Below are positions 57,066 to 64,000 of a stretch of 64,000 nucleotides of DNA, one piece after another. This DNA is from the human T2T-CHM13v2.0 reference genome, Homo sapiens. The stretch is taken from assembly GCF_009914755.1 (NCBI RefSeq), contig NC_060943.1. One strand, 5' to 3'. The first letter of the stretch is position 1. Every line of letters begins with the position of its first letter. A program made the translations under genes and the position numbers. The notes beneath the pieces were generated by a model. The model was not told the origin of the DNA. It saw nothing but the letters and a program-made list of their open reading frames with translations, and made no database searches.

Positions 57066-57699
57066 CTACTGTGTTGCCCAGGCTTATCTTCAACTCCTGG
57101 GCTTAAGAGATCCTCCTGCCTTGGCCTCCGAAAGTGTTGGGATTACAGGCGCAAGCCACTGTGCCCAGCATCACAGGGCCTTTTAAAGCTATCAGGATGA
57201 AGTGTGGTAAAAAAAGGAGTAAATGGGTTTCATCTCCAGATCCTTGCTGGGCTAGAGCCAAACCTCACAAAGGCTGGTGCTTCCTCCTTTGAGGTGTAAA
57301 TCCTTGAAAACATTCATTTCTTTTGCATACCACGTTATGAATCCTAAAATAATGTTTTTGCAGCCTGCATTTTTAAAAAGTCAGGTTTATTGGGGTGTGA
57401 TTTACATATAGTAAGATTCACCTTTCTTTGGTATACAGTTATGAGTTTTCACAAGTGTATATACAGTCTTAGAACCATTACAGATGAGATATACAGCATT
57501 TTCCTCACCCTCAAAAGTTCCTGACACTTGTGGTCCAGTCCTACTCCCTCATCCCAACTCCTGACTACCATTGAACTGATTTTTTTCCCTCCGAAGTTCT
57601 GCGTTTACCAGAATGGCGCCTTTTGTGTCTGGCTTCTTCCCATGATGCTTTTGAAATTCACCCATGTTGTGCTGCAGGAATTGAAAAAACTGTATTGTG

Positions 57700-58720
<1,021 letters not shown>

Positions 58721-58994
58721 AGAAAGTTAGCTTTTTGGCAAAACTACTTCCTAGTAGATGGTGTGTACTTCCTATCACAGCGCATTAAGGGGCACATAAT
58801 GCCTGGGACTCCGGGATTTCGAGCCCCTGACGCCAGCGGCGCCTCTGTGGCTCTGGGACCTGAGCGCACGCGCCTTAAAGCCACGCCTCCGCATCGGATC
58901 CTAGTAAGGGAGCGGGGTTATCATTTTAGCGTAGCGTTGCGCGTGCGCAGAGAGGCCGCCGTAGTTTGCGTTTTCACCTGGTCGCCCGGCGGCC

Positions 58995-59102
58995 ATGGCG
59001 GCCGTTCTGAAGCCGGTGCTGCTGGGCCTTCGAGATGCGCCGGTGCACGGCAGCCCCACAGGGCCGGGTGCCTGGACTGCTAGCAAGCTGGGCGGCATTC
59101 CG
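58995..59102 (+). CDS. PDCD2L: PDCD2L exon 1 (programmed cell death 2-like)
   Basis: gccATGG; MAAVLKPVLLGLRDAPVHGSPTGPGAWTASKLGGIP |gtgagg; SKLGG-P motif of the PDCD2/TSR4 family; 108 nt. Confidence 0.93.
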
Positions 59103-59212
59103 GTGAGGGCGGGTGCCGGAGCTGGGGTCGATGGGTGCTGCTGAAGGGTGCGGAGGGAGTGGGCGAGGTCCTGGGGGGAGTCGGGGTCTGAGCGCCTCCT
59201 CTGTCCCCTCAG

Positions 59213-59379
59213 GATGCTCTGCCCACCGTGGCTGCGCCCAGGCCCGTGTGTCAGCGCTGCGGGCAGCCGCTCGCTCTGGTCGTGCAGGTGTATTGCCCGC
59301 TGGAAGGCTCCCCGTTTCACCGTCTGCTGCACGTGTTCGCGTGCGCCTGCCCCGGCTGTAGCACCGGCGGTGCGCGCAG
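59213..59379 (+). CDS. PDCD2L: PDCD2L exon 2
   Basis: ctcag| DALPTVAAPRPVCQRCGQPLALVVQVYCPLEGSPFHRLLHVFACACPGCSTGGAR |gtaggc; CxxC...CxxxxC pattern; 167 nt. Confidence 0.93.
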
Positions 59380-59493
59380 GTAGGCGGGGAAGTCCCAGAG
59401 CTGCTCCAGGGGTGTCCTTTCCAGCGGGCTGGGGCGGGCCGGCGGGCTGGAGTCGGGGTGCAGCCCTCACGGCCCTTTGTCTTCACCCCGAAG

Positions 59494-59554
59494 CTGGAAG
59501 GTGTTCCGCTCCCAGTGCCTGCAGGTGCCAGAGAGAGAGGCGCAGGACGCTCAG
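59494..59554 (+). CDS. PDCD2L: PDCD2L exon 3
   Basis: cgaag| (S)WKVFRSQCLQVPEREAQDAQ |gtaaag; 61 nt; frame consistent. Confidence 0.92.
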
Positions 59555-59705
59555 GTAAAGGTTGTGATTGGCATGTTATTGTTTTTCTGTCATTTGAGGA
59601 TATTTTCCAGAGAATAGTTTGGGGCAGACTTTAAAGCCGTGTTCTTTGAAGTACACTGGAGTGTTTTTTGCTTTTCTGAAGAACCATAAAATGCTATTTT
59701 CGTAA

Positions 59706-63065
<3,360 letters not shown>

Positions 63066-63724
63066 TGAGACAGACTTAACACAGGAGTGAGGTTTTTAGT
63101 AAGTGGATAGGCTGAAGGAGGAGGCTCCAGGAATGCCCTCCAGAATCACACCTCAGAACTGGCCGTGAAGGAGCTGCTATGCCACCTCTCCTGCTGTCAG
63201 GAAGCTTAGGTGTGATCTGGTGAACTAGAGGCTGTCTTTGCCACCGAACCGTTGGCTCCAAAGCCTTGTTCTGTCTGTGTCTACACAATGGCTACCTTTT
63301 GCTATGTGGTCTTTCTTTCTACTTCACTCTGTCTCAAGTTCATGTTTCTCTCTAGTAGACCTGATTAGCAGACCCCTAATCATATCTGAAACCCTAGCTG
63401 CTAAGGGGTCTGGGAAAGGTAGTTCTTTCTTTTCAGTTCCTGCAATACATGAAGCACAACAGAAAGATATTGGAACGGATGGTTGAATAACCCCTGTACT
63501 ATATCTGTCACACTCACCCCAAAAAGGAAAGACAAGTATTTTAAGTCACCTCCAACGTGCTTTTGAGTACATAGGGTCTAGAAAGTTTGATTGGAGTGTA
63601 CCAGAGGGGAAGGGGATGGTGTGAAGGCTCCCTCTGGAAGGCGCGGCGGTGGGTGGCTGGAGCCGAAGGATTAGAATAAACCTCCCAAATGTGCTCGGAC
63701 CTCATTCACTGAGTATTTTTCCAG

Positions 63725-64000
63725 AAACAGGGAAACAGCCTTGCAGCTGAGGACTGGTGTGAAGGTGCTGATGACTGGGGAAGTGATACTGAGGAGGGGC
63801 CTTCACCACAGTTTACCTTGGATTTTGGGAATGATGCCAGCAGTGCCAAAGACGTAGACTGGACTGCTCGGCTCCAAGACCTCCGCCTGCAGGATGCTGT
63901 CCTGGGTGCTGCCCATCCTGTGCCTCCTGGGCTGCCGCTCTTCCTGCCCTACTACATCTGTGTTGCAGATGAGGATGATTACAGGGACTTTGTCAACCTG
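63725..64000 (+). CDS. PDCD2L: PDCD2L exon 4 (runs off the window end)
   Basis: tttttccag| KQGNSLAAEDWCEGADDWGSDTEEG...FLPYYICVADEDDYRDFVNL; open to the window end in phase 0. Confidence 0.9.

Larger units (their letters stand above)
58790..59560 (+). promoter_or_regulatory. PDCD2L CpG-island promoter; NRF1-like site TGCGCGTGCGCA at 58938-58949
   Basis: CpG-rich block spanning PDCD2L exons 1-3; one mismatch to the NRF1 palindrome TGCGCATGCGCA, ~45 nt upstream of the ATG. Confidence 0.75.

Noticed and set aside
58763-59558. Several 100-190 aa ORFs on both strands
   Set aside because: CpG-island shadows of PDCD2L exons 1-3.

Overview
Human (primate) genomic DNA, + strand. The window holds the complete GPI gene (glucose-6-phosphate isomerase / autocrine motility factor / neuroleukin). 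It has 18 coding exons from ATG 2549 to TAA 54600, which I spliced by hand to 1677 nt = 558 aa with GT-AG at every junction, plus an upstream Alu-derived alternative coding exon. The first four coding exons of PDCD2L follow (58995 to window end). Introns are dense in Alu, with MIR, L2, L1 and MaLR/ERV1 LTR relics. The dominant feature is GPI intron 9 (18814-47811, 29.0 kb). It contains a ~20 kb, ~400-copy, G-skewed 50-bp minisatellite, two older homologous sub-arrays (53-bp and 51-bp units) and a long degenerate flank; an orphan copy sits in intron 12. I recall this minisatellite as already described and as collapsed in GRCh38. Features of the unit that I have not seen discussed: (i) it aligns ungapped to let-7 family miRNAs (perfect seed plus 3' block, 16-18/22), so antisense RNA would be a sponge-like array of hundreds of let-7 sites; (ii) it carries two 5' splice-site-like motifs per unit on the pre-mRNA strand; (iii) it has box C/box D-like spacing. 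These are sequence-level hypotheses with no expression evidence in the window. Almost all other ORFs in the track are Alu or repeat artefacts.
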